This document shows positions 24,989 through 37,300 of a DNA stretch of 64,000 nucleotides, one piece after another. The stretch covers positions 1,488,001-1,552,000 of the forward strand of contig CM120645.1 of the NCBI GenBank assembly GCA_051362555.1, given 5' to 3'. The stretch is from Lingula anatina. Lineage: Eukaryota; Animalia; Brachiopoda. Position 1 is the stretch's first letter. Every line of letters begins with the position of its first letter. The translations under genes were made by a program, and so were the position numbers. Under the pieces are notes generated by a model that did no database searches, was not told the DNA's origin, and saw only the letters and a list, made by a program, of their open reading frames with translations.

Positions 24989-25114
24989 ATGTCTCTCCAA
25001 ATTCAACATTGATGTTTCTGTTGTTGGCGTTAGATGGCACCACTGTACCACTCCTGGCCATGAAGTCATCATCAGGGTCGTCATCCCATGTCCCAACCAG
25101 TCCCTGAGTCTCAC
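24989..25114 (-). pseudogene. Isolated VWD-domain exon (SUSD2/MUC4/Mesh type)
   Basis: 126-nt phase 1-1 exon, ccaag|GTGAGACT...GAGACAT|gtaggt, encoding GETQGLVGTWDDDPDDDFMARSGTVVPSNANNRNINVEFGET(W), the T-x-GLxG-x-W...DDF...FG-x-x-W VWD C-terminal motif. No partner exons found nearby. Confidence 0.75.
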
Positions 25115-25404
25115 CTTGGACAGTGCAGCAGTATACAAGATCAATTTATAAAAACACTGAAGACACATTTGACAAAGATATTTCCCCTTGAAGATCCTCA
25201 CGCCCCACGACCTAGTTTTAATTACTTAGGAACCATTCTTCAGAATGAGAAGAGCCGAGTGCTAGCTAGGCCACGGCCTAAATATGAGGGCCCTAAGGAA
25301 GACCGCTTAATCCTGTAATGGTATCTCCGCCTCTCACACGCCTCCCCACGTGTCGTCCCTTGACCGGTTGTATTGAGCCCCTGCAGGTACTGTGTACGTC
25401 ATTC

Positions 25405-25520
25405 AGGGCTCCGTATCTCGAAAGGTTCCTTATGTTGTGCACGTGCGCAAGTGTCTCGATTCCATGGCCCCGTATCTCGAAATAGAATCGCTATGTTGCG
25501 CACGTGCGTATGCGCGTGTG
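25405..25520. repeat. Two-copy CpG-rich tandem repeat (about 60 bp)
   Basis: gg(ct/cc)ccgtatctcgaaa...tatgttg(t/c)gcacgtgcg occurs twice. Confidence 0.65.
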
Positions 25521-25750
25521 TAGTGTGCATCAGTACGCCCGGAAAGCGCTTCTCGTAATGCATGCAAGTGTCTTAGCTGAATATTATATTACTTGTATGT
25601 TATATTAGAATTACCACTTAAAGAAATACAGGGGGCACGATCGAAACTTGAGTCACAATAAAATGAATGAGGAACGATTCCTTCAAGAGTGAATGCATAA
25701 GAAGCATCAGAATGGCTTAGATATCTCACCTAGGGAATTCAGGACAAAGG

Positions 25751-25897
25751 CAACCTGAGCTTCAGAGATAACTTGACACCTTCCTCTTCACTATAGCCTA
25801 TCTTCATCGTGTCAAGTTATCTCTGAAGTTACTTGACACGATGAAGATAGGCTATAGTGAAGAGGTAGGTGTCAAGTTATCTCTGAAGGTCAGGGTG
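25751..25897. mobile_element. 147-bp TIR-only member of the 23195-23863 family
   Basis: The same TIRs joined back to back with essentially no spacer; its own 8-bp TSD gacaaagg (25743-25750, 25898-25905). Confidence 0.92.
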
Positions 25898-27233
25898 GAC
25901 AAAGGTCTTTCACTGGACAAAAAAAAAAAAAAAAAAAAGCGAAAGCGTTAATAATTCACCAAAATTTCTTTTCTTCTACCAATGACAAGTATTATCACAT
26001 GCATCACTCCCTGCTTGTTCCAGGGTAAGATGTGAAGTGTAGCCTCTTCCTAAGTAGCTACACCCTAGACTGACGGGGAAATAAAATACATTGCTCTTAT
26101 GCTACTTTTCACGGCAGCAGGACTGTATCCTCCCCAGGGAGGTGACAACGGCTACACCCAGTCTGTATCATACACATAACACAGACTGGCTTCAAGAATT
26201 ATTTGTATATGGTGAACATTTTACGAGCTTATTTGCCATTCCGTAAACATTTTACTCTAACATCTGATAGGTACAGTTGCTTTTTTTAATGAATTAAAAC
26301 AATTGAAGCTTTTTGCAAATAAAATACGTGTTCAACGCAACCTATCACATAATAGGAGAACCATTTAAAAAGAAAAACACTCAAGTTTGAAAAATATGTT
26401 TATTGTCAATATATATTGAAAGATTAAAACTAGACGATTTCAACAGGACAAGAAAGCAAAATTCCGGCAAACTACCTTTGAAGATATTTTTCTCCACATT
26501 ATTATGCTTCTACTTTGCAAAAATAGAGTAAGTGTACATGTCAATAAATATTTTTCTAGAAATTTCACACCAGCAAAAAAAAAAAAAAATGAAAGGAACA
26601 AGATTCATTGAAAATATTATTCTAAGACAACACAACATTGCTGATTGCATTTCTACTAAAGTAATGGATAGTGATCTAATCTTGTTAACAAATGATTAAA
26701 ATGCATACTACGTTTCAACGTCTTAGGTTTCCCTTTTTAAGCACCCGCTCGCCTCTATATTGATCCTAATAAATATATCAACTCTGAGGTACTGGTACTA
26801 GTAACCAATATGAGGTCACCATCAGAAAGAAAATAATATATTTCATCCAATTCCTATGACCCATAGCTTTATTTATTGCATGCCCATCTCTCTATGTATA
26901 TAGACGTCTCAACTATTGTTTATTATTTTAAGAATTAAAATTTCTATCAATACTGTTTACAATTTAACAATCTCATTGGCAATTAACCGCTCAATTATTC
27001 ACTGCAGCATCAAAGCTTGAACATAAACTGTGAAAATTTACAGTTCTATAATAAAAATAAATGTTTAATAGATGAAGACAATTTGTCTGGCCCAATGTCC
27101 ATTGTTATTACTCATACATTTTTCTAGCAAGCAATACAACAACTATGAATTTCTTACTTCTGTAACGTTTTAAGTCATTTATTACTTTACGTATATAGAC
27201 AGTCCTCTCACACACCAACGTCAAAGAAAGCCC

Positions 27234-28307
27234 TCAGCGGTGACTGGAACTCATCATTCGGCCATAACTGCCCCCACTGCTGGAGCTGCGGAAACTGGCC
27301 AAACTACCAGCACTATCAGGGCGTGGACTGGCTGCCGACGGCTCGTTCAACCTCCCAAAAATGGCCTCGTCGTCTCTGAAACGGTTTAACTCCGCTCCTT
27401 TCTGCCCGAACTGGTAGCTGAGGTCATCCCCCATAGAGGCCTGGTAGATGTTGGTGTTGAAGGACTCTACAGGTGTGACGGCACGCTGACGAACTGGAGT
27501 CTTCTTGGGTTTCTTCCTCTTCCACAGGAAGCCTGAAGAGCAGATATGCACAATACAATGTACTGTGACTAGGCTATACAAGCACCGGTTTTGAAAATGA
27601 TATGTTCGATTGTTTGTCTTGCTATTTAAAATAGAAATTCGAATATATGACGGATTTGCAATGTGTCAGAATGCAGGTGTGAACATACTTGAAGGCATCC
27701 ATGAACAATCACGAGGTGATATGATGTCAGTTGTGTCATATGTACATGTACTAGCATTATTGTGTCAACATATTGGAATTGTTCTTCTGTAAGCAATGCC
27801 TTTATGAACAAATTTCTTCAAAACTTGAAGATGTGTAAGCCTTTTAAACAGAGACAATCTTTTATACCCCCTTTACACTGGACGGCGTCCTTTCTGCGTC
27901 CTCTCTGCGACCATGAAATTTGGCATCGCTGTGGTCTTAATAAGGAAGCACGAGCACTGATTTTGTATCAGAAGAACGCTCAATGATCGGCCAGTTGTCG
28001 GCAGGTAAAATATTATAATTTTTTTAACTCTCAAATGGGGCCGTGCTGCTGGACGCAGAAAGGACGCCGTCCAGTGTAAAGGGGCCCTTATTTGTAGTCA
28101 GGAAAAGAGTGCAGATGGAGATAAAATGATATAGTTATCTGAAGCATCTAGAGTTAAATTGTTTTATTCAGCAATATCATTACCCAGAAGTCCCAAGGCT
28201 GCTAATGTTCCCAGAATTCCTAGAGGTATTCCCAAACCGAGGCCAACCTTCTGACTGCTGTCGTCTGTGTCTGTTTTCTCATTGGTTAAAATTTGTTTCT
28301 CAGGGCC
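27234..28307 (-). CDS. CACHD1-like gene: transmembrane and cytoplasmic exons
   Basis: Exons 28307-28184 and 27532-27234 (phase 1) give VGLGLGIPLGILGTLAALGLLGFLW then KRKKPKK (positive-inside) and a Ser-rich tail of about 95 aa ending in TGA. Confidence 0.9.
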
Positions 28308-31300
28308 CTGGATAGAAACACAACATGACAGAAATAAAATCCAATATAATAAACTTTCATTCATTTTCCCCTCATAACACAAACAGTGTTAATCACATAG
28401 AGATCTTATGTTAATGTAAATGTACAAGTTATGGAATTTCACATCAGTTTACCAAATAAAATCAAGCAATTAAAATAAAAATCTCACAACTTCTATGATT
28501 TCTCATTTACTAAGAAAATCTTTAATATTGAAAACATATGTAAGGGTTCTGTGACAGGGTCTTTAACTTCATAAATCATAATGAAATTTAGAAACCCTTA
28601 CGAAAAAGTCCTATAGGATCCTATAAGATCCTATTGGATTCTATAGGAAATTAGCCCAATTACCTATAGGATCTATAAGACTTTTCATTTGGGAAGAAAA
28701 AGCAAACTCTCACCATAGGGTTGACGGAAGGTAGAGGGGTCACAGGGGGCACAACTAACCCCGCACGCGCATTCTTCACATCAATGTCACTACAGTTTGT
28801 GCGGTTGGTCAGGACATCAATAATTTCATTCAAAGCCTCTGGAGTTCCGTTGTAGTATATAGTTATAGATGGAGCACACGTGCCACTAGGGGGCAGACTG
28901 GTAGGCAGTAAGGCGGAGGTGGGGGCAGCAGACGACTGGGAGATCTGAGGAAGAAAAGTGATAATTGTGAAATCTTAGATGAATTTTTTTCACTGGATAA
29001 GAGTGTGCATAGCCTTCTTTGTCAATTTAACCAAGTTTAACAATCTGTTGAAGAGGAGGTACCAGTGCACGTCTACGTTTTCAATAAAAACAAGATCATT
29101 AGCTTTGAGATAATGTTGAGAAAGTATATCTAACAAAATTAATTTCATGTAATATTTCAAGATATTCTCAAAAGCCACATTACCAGGAATCAACATCCTC
29201 ATCAAAATGTCTACCCAGAAAAAAAAGTAGTACACAAACTGCAAAATTTTGAAAACAGTTCTTCTGTCTTTTTTCTTCACTTACGTGTACAGTAACCTGT
29301 CCAGGTGTTGTACCCCCTACACCTGGTTTACCTGGTATCACATTGATCTGGAAATACAATAAACATAAATATAGTCTGTAGAAAATAAATTGTTGCACAT
29401 TATAGGCATTTAGGCATACAAAGTTTTCAAGATGGAAATAGTCAGGAGGAGTATTCATGAAAGTTTTTTATCAAATCAAATTCTTATTTATTAAAAACAT
29501 AACTCGGTTCATAATAGAGAACTGACTATATCAGATGTAAGCATATCCAAACAGATGGAAGATTTTTTGTATTCATGGAATTCTTTACCTGAGGTTTTAT
29601 TCCAGTTGGAGAAGAAGGAGTTGTCTGAAACAGAAAACATGGGAGCTGAACTATTATTCTTCCTTGGTGCAACATCAACAATAATTGACTACTTCTAATA
29701 ATAATTCAAACTATCTATCTCTGTCTCTATCTCCCCCTTTCTCTCTTTGGCAAAGTATATGCTTATATATTGCATTATATTCATGTCTTTGCCTTAAATT
29801 CTCAATTATGTCACATGTATTTTGTACATGTTGCTATCCACACTAATCCTGCAGGTCCTATATATATATATATATTACTCAACAAATACTACTAGTTACA
29901 ATAACTTGTACTACTACGATATCTACTACAGGCTCATGTCAAAGTACCCCAGTACCTTGCTGTCCACACTGCTGTAGGTGTTGGCCAGAGATGTCTGGAT
30001 ACCAGGTGGCGTGGCTGTGCTGTTGCTGGAAGTTCCTGTTGTTACCCTACTCTGAGTAGTCTGTTGACTGTTTACCTGTTGACATAAACATTTTCCAGAG
30101 TTGCGGGAAAAAGTTAAAAAGGAAAACCTCTTCTATGTTGAACTTGATGTTTCGTATGCACAATAAATACAACAAATACATATGAAACTGGCATCATATT
30201 TTGACACAAATGCAACATATATATAATCAGATGGTGTGGCTGCTGCAATGAAACATTAAAATGTTACTAAGATTATCCCACATTCTTTACAGATTTATTC
30301 ACTTAAACTTACTGCGCTACTTGCTGGGGAAGAAACCATGTTTCCTGAAGTTGTCTTTGCGGAGCTGTCTGGAGAAGACTTAGGTCCTGTTGTAGTTGTT
30401 CCCTGCCCTCCATTACTATTACCACCAACACTGACACCCAGAGAGGGAGTGACTGACACTGATACTGATGACATGCTGACTGTTGATTGGCCAGATCCTG
30501 TAGAGGCTCCTCCCATTTTTGTTGTCATGGTAACCCCTGAAGTTGCAGCAGATGACACACTGTTCAGTCCCCCTGAACTAGTCCTTCCTGTGAGAGAACT
30601 CACAGTTGTTCCAGATGTTGGTAAGTTGCTGGAATGGAGGGTGGTTTTGACACCAGCAGTAGATTTACCACTTATCCCAGTGTCCTTTGTTGAGGTTGTT
30701 GCAGTGGTAATGTTAGGCATTCCTGGTATGGTTGTGACACCAGGGGGTGCTGATGATGGCACACTTGTTGACCTAAAGACAATTGATGCAGTGGATACAT
30801 TATTACCAGCAGTTGTAGAATCCACCATCACTGTTGTTGGCACGCTGGGAGGAGTGGAGTTTGCAATATTCTTGATACCAGTTGACGTCCCATTGGTATG
30901 GTTGCTAGGCAACTCGGTGGTGAGTGGAGACAAAGTTGTGGTGAAGATGATGGCTGGTCTGGGACCTGAACACAGGCTGGAGAGAGAGAGCAGCAGAATG
31001 ATTCATAGGTGACGTAGTCTATAGACTTATGACATCATTATAATTTTCAATTACAGCTTTTTCATTTTCGTTTTTTTTTTTTTTATAGAAAGTCCCTCAT
31101 TGAATATATTCACAATATGACACTACTATCAATTTTCTGGATGACCGTTTTCATTGCATTTAGACTTTTTCAATTCTTAAGGGAAAAAAATTCATTTTTG
31201 GCTGGCACAAATTAAAAAAAAACATAAATGCCAAACTCAATAAAATATATACTAGATAATTTTTTCATCAAAATATCTTCCTATGAAATACGTGAATACT

Positions 31301-34300
31301 GTGAGAGCCGTGGAGCTGTTATGACCCTAGCTGTCCAGTACCTGTGATAGTCCGCAGTATAGGACACCCTGCTGGGGGTCAGTGAATGACCACTGGCCAG
31401 TGCCACTATCAGGGACACCCCACTGTTCTGCTGCTGGACGAATCTCTCAGCCACAGAGACTAAGTTCACTGTGCTTCTCTCTGCCTTGTAGAATGTGAAT
31501 GTTATGGTATCCTAGGAGAACAGAGATTACAGCATCACAGTTTCAGTGATGTTATAGAGCAAAAAATGTGTATCTATAAATTTCAACACATATATCTCTT
31601 TATCATCAAGGTATAAGTAAATAGTATTCATTATTCTTGGAAAAAGTGTTATCTATAAACCATTTTGAGTTTCAATTTCAAATATTTCAGACACTTTTAA
31701 AAATAAAAATAAATAAAATGGCAATTGTTGCATTTCACAAGTAGCGGTAAAAATCTGACACTTGTAGTTTGAAAAGTTCGGGAAGATTGCACTTGTTTTG
31801 ATTCCTTCAGCTTCATTAAAGCCTTCGGCTACAAACGCAGAAGCTTTTTTTGGATAAATTTCAATACTGAACATCTGAGAGCTGTAGAAGACTCACCCCC
31901 TGTATGTCCGTGACAGTAAATGTTGACATCACTTCTGCTGGCAACTCAGAGCTGAAGAAAGTCTTCAGTCCCTGAATAATATCAGTGGGAAATGATAAGA
32001 TGTCTTCTCCTTGGAACTCCATTGTCATAAGTACACTGGAATATATACAGAGAGGATATTAATCTATTGAATTTTGACTTGTATAGCATAGGTGGACCAA
32101 CCTTGACTTTTAAGGCTTAAAAGACACAATGAAATTTGAGATTGCTTATATCTAATAATTTGTTTTAATTTTTTTAATATATAACCATCTTTACAAAGTT
32201 AACTTAATTGCTCAAAGCATATCTACTACCTTTTAATAATTAATTTAAAAATATTTCAGAAGCTTAAAGCCATTTTTGATATGACATTCTTATCCCCATC
32301 CTGTGCTGAAAGTGTGTGTAAATGATAAAGAGTTATTTACTCAGTGAAGTCATCTTTGTTCCTTGTTGGAATGTCAGTTTTGCCGTCAGGTCCCACATAG
32401 AACCGGCCGGCTACAGAGAACATGGCATCCAGCACAGTCTTGTTGTATGGAGAGAGATCAGACACCTGCATACTTCCCTGGAGGACAAACCTCACGCCTT
32501 CCTGAAGATGATATACAAATATATGTGAATTTATACCATGAGCTTAAGGCCTTTGTATAGCAGTTTCAGTCAGTAACAACTAAACCTTATTTGAAATTCC
32601 AGCAAATATCTAAAATATTTGTCTACTAAAAGCGTTGCAATTTCCAAAATATTTGAGAAATTTATGATCTATAAACTCTTTAATTCATAAGTTTCTAATT
32701 ATTTGCCCATTTCATAATGGAGATGGAAACTGGTGATGGAATTCTTGGATTTTCCCCTCCCACCATCTTTCTGAAGCAGAGGAAAAGTTTTGCAATCAAA
32801 ACTATGCAAAATACAACATGATACATTTGTTTTTGATACCTACTTCATTTACCGTCACCTCTGGAATGTTCTTATCTGTGAGAGCTGGGTGGAAACGTCT
32901 GACAAGATCTGCTCTAAAATTTCTTTCCAACTCTGAGATCTCTGCTGCATTGAACTTCATTGTCCTGTTACAGGGGATAAAGGCCTGGTATGGCAACCTG
33001 GAGGTTTTAAAGATTTTTAAAAAGTTGTTTTCATAATTACAGCAATCTTATGGCACCCACTTAAACAAAAAGGTAACAGAAAGGTCCCTTGTGATCAGGT
33101 ATTGTGATACAGTGTACCCACCCCACACCCCCCTACTACCCCCACCCCTCCCTAACTCTCACCTCTGTGTCAGATAACAGTTATCACCACAGTAAGGTCC
33201 TTCACCCACAGTACACCACCCACATCCTGGCATACAACCCACCCCACACCCCCCTACTACACCCAACCCTCCCTAACTCTCACCTCTCTGTCAGATAACA
33301 GTTATCACCACAGTAAGGTCCTTCACCCACAGTACACCACCCACATCCTGGCATACAACCCACCCCACACCCCCCTACTACACCCAACCCTCCCTAACTC
33401 TCACCTCTCTGTCAGATAACAGTTATCACCACAGTAAGGTCCTTCACCCACAGTACACCAACCACATCCTGGCATACTTCCCACCCCACACACCCCTACT
33501 ACACCCAACCCTCCCTAACTCTCACCTCTCTGTCAGATAACAGTTATCACCACAGTAAGGTCCTTCACCCACAGTACACCAACCACATCCTGGCATACTT
33601 CCCACCCCACACACCCCTACCACACCCAACCCTCCCTAACTCTCACCTCTCTGTCAGGTAACAGTTATCACCACAGTAAGGTCCTTCACCTAAAGTACAC
33701 CACCCACATCCTGGCATACTTCCCACCCCACACCCCCCTACTACACCCAACCCTCCCTAACTCTCACCTCTCTGTCAGATAACAGTTATCACCACAGTAA
33801 GGTCCTTCACCCACAGTACACCAACCACATCCTGGCATACAACCCACCCCACACCCCCCTACTACACCCAACCCTCCCTAACTCTCACCTCTCTGTCAGA
33901 TAACAGTTATCACCACAGTAAGGTCCTTCACCCACAGTACACCAACCACATCCTGGCATACTTCCCACCCCACACACCCCTACTACACCCAACCCTCCCT
34001 AACTCTCACCTCTCTGTCAGGTAACAGTTATCACCACAGTAAGGTCCTTCACCTAAAGTACACCACCCACATCCTGGCATACTTCCCACCCCACACCCCC
34101 CTACTACACCCAACCCTCCCTAACTCTCACCTCTCTGTCAGATAACAGTTATCACCACAGTAAGGTCTTTCATCTACAGTACACCAACCACATCCTGGCA
34201 TACAACCCACCCCACACCCCCCTACTACACCCAACCCTCCCTAACTCTCACCTCTCTGTCAGATAACAGTTATCACCACAGTAAGGTCCTTCATCTACAG

Positions 34301-37300
34301 TACACCAACCACATCCTGGCATACAACCCACCCCACACCCCCCTACTACACCCAACCCTCCCTAACTCTCACCTCTCTGTCAGATAACAGTTATCACCAC
34401 AGTAAGGTCCTTCATCTACAGTACACCAACCACATCCTGGCATACAACCCACCCCACACCCCCCTACTACACCCAACCCTCCCTAACTCTCACCTCTCTG
34501 TCAGATAACAGTTATCACCACAGTAAGGTCCTTCATCTACAGTACACCAACCACATCCTGGCATACAACCCACCCCACACCCCCCTACTACACCCAACCC
34601 TCCCTAACTCTCACCTCTCTGTCAGATAACAGTTATCACCACAGTAAGGTCCTTCATCTACAGTACACCAACCACATCCTGGCATACAACCCACCCCACA
34701 CCCCCCTACTACACCCAACCCTCCCTAACTCTCACCTCTCTGTCAGATAACAGTTATCACCACAGTAAGGTCCTTCATCTACAGTACACCAACCACATCC
34801 TGGCATACAACCCACCCCACACCCCCCTACTACACCCAACCCTCCCTAACTCTCACCTCTCTGTCAGATAACAGTTATCACCACAGTAAGGTCCTTCATC
34901 TACAGTACACCAACCACATCCTGGCATACAACCCACCCCACACCCCCCTACTACACCCAACCCTCCCTAACTCTCACCTCTCTGTCAGATAACAGTTATC
35001 ACCACAGTAAGGTCCTTCATCTACAGTACACCAACCACATCCTGGCATACAACCCACCCCACACCCCCCTACTACACCCAACCCTCCCTAACTCTCACCT
35101 CTCTGTCAGATAACAGTTATCACCACAGTAAGGTCCTTCATCTACAGTACACCAACCACATCCTGGCATACAACCCACCCCACACCCCCCTACTACACCC
35201 AACCCTCCCTAACTCTCACCTCTCTGTCAGATAACAGTTATCACCACAGTAAGGTCCTTCACCTACAGTACACCACCCACATCCTGGCATACAACCCACC
35301 CCACACCCCCCTACTACACCCAACCCTCCCTAACTCTCACCTCTCTGTCAGATAACAGTTATCACCACAGTAAGGTCCTTCATCTACAGTACACCAACCA
35401 CATCCTGGCATACAACCCACCCCACACCCCCCTACTACACCCAACCCTCCCTAACTCTCACCTCTCTGTCAGATAACAGTTATCACCACAGTAAGGTCCT
35501 TCATCTACAGTACACCACCCACATCCTGGCATACAACCCACCCCACACCCCCCTACTACACCCAACCCTCCCTAACTCTCACCTCTCTGTCAGATAACAG
35601 TTATCACCACAGTAAGGTCCTTCATCTACAGTACACCAACCACATCCTGGCATACAACCCACCCCACACCCCCCTACTACACCCAACCCTCCCTAACTCT
35701 CACCTCTCTGTCAGATAACAGTTATCACCACAGTAAGGTCCTTCATCTACAGTACACCAACCACATCCTGGCATACAACCCACCCCACACCCCCCTACTA
35801 CACCCAACCCTCCCTAACTCTCACCTCTCTGTCAGATAACAGTTATCACCACAGTAAGGTCCTTCATCTACAGTACACCAACCACATCCTGGCATACAAC
35901 CCACCCCACACCCCCCTACTACACCCAACCCTCCCTAACTCTCACCTCTCTGTCAGATAACAGTTATCACCACAGTAAGGTCCTTCATCTACAGTACACC
36001 AACCACATCCTGGCTTAGACACACATGTAGCATGCTGTGTGCTGAAAATGAAAAGATACCACATTTGAAATTAGTCATACATATATACTGATTGTGTTTG
36101 CTGTGACAGTGTTCTAGTCATAAATATTTTTAATGTGACAATGTTTTATACAGAAATATGTTCGGTGTGACAATGGTTTACACAGAATGTGTTAGCTGAG
36201 ACATGTTTTAGAAAATGTGTTAATTGAGACAGCCTCACCTAGTGCTGCACTCCTGGTCACACATAGACTCAAATGAAAACGTCTTAGTCTTCCCTATGAC
36301 CTTGACCTCATTTCCAGCCACTATGGCCTTGACTTTGCCACTGTCTATAGCCCTGAAAAAAGCCTCTGCTTCCGACTTCAAATTTATACTTGTAAGGTTC
36401 TTTGGCTTACTGAGAGCAAAAGTAAGGTTATTCTGAAAAATGAAATAGTTTACAGCTTGTATGCAAGTGCTTTCTAAAGTGGATCCATCAGAATTACAGA
36501 ACTATTAGCAATCTTTTAGATGACTTACTTAATAATAATGTGATGCATATGGCTAAAAAATAACAAAACTGCACATTTAATGTAAAATGAATGTATAATA
36601 TAATAAATTGTATAATGATGGTGGTAGCAGACAGAGAGTCACCAAATTATGCATATTTGGAAGCAATGCCTCAACAAATCTTAAATTAATAAAATGAACC
36701 AGTTGCAACAATGGTTATTGCAATTTACAAATAAATGTATAAAATCCTTCAAAAGTTTTACTCCAAAATCCAGTTTCTAACGTTTCTTAATACCAAGATT
36801 TCTGGATATTACAAAAATTAATTGAAATTGAAATTCATCCATGGCAAAGATTAACAAAAATCTAGAGCCTGTACTTAAGTTTCTTGTCATGTTCCAAGCA
36901 GACGCAAAAAATTCTGAAACCTTCCAAAGTTTTACAAAAGTCCCAAGCCCAAACTAGGATGTCTTACCCCATGTAGACTCAGATGTCCCAGTGACCTGAC
37001 AACCGCGGCACTGAAATAGGATGTCAACTGTTTCTCTAGCTCTGCCATTATGTCCTTCCTCAGACTGTGAGAGCGGGCTAACAGCTGGTCAAAATCCACA
37101 CCATTTAATATAAGAGTGAAAACAGCACTGGAACAGAGAAATAGAGTGATGCAGGTTTAAAATCTAATTACAGTGTTTCATAAAATTATAAAAATATTAT
37201 ATTTATTAACTACATACTCAGTATTTTTTGTGCTTGGAAAAATTAAATATGATTTTTTTTCTCAGTTTGCTGATTGCAAAGAAGTCCGCTGGAAAGTCCG

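Noticed and set aside
24941-25201. 86-aa ORF with CxxCxxC
   Set aside because: The meaningful VWD peptide is in another frame and bounded by splice sites; this ORF shows no family resemblance.
30338-31012. 224-aa plus-strand ORF
   Set aside because: Antisense shadow of the Ser/Thr-rich mucin exon.
33158-35945. Array units as Dscam-like cassette exons using the internal ccag|GATG
   Set aside because: The mini-exon would be 64 nt (frameshifting) with a 57-nt G-rich intron lacking a pyrimidine tract.
33118-36014. CRISPR-like array (also 59388-60247)
   Set aside because: Units repeat in full with no unique spacers, there are no cas genes, and the context is a spliced eukaryotic gene.
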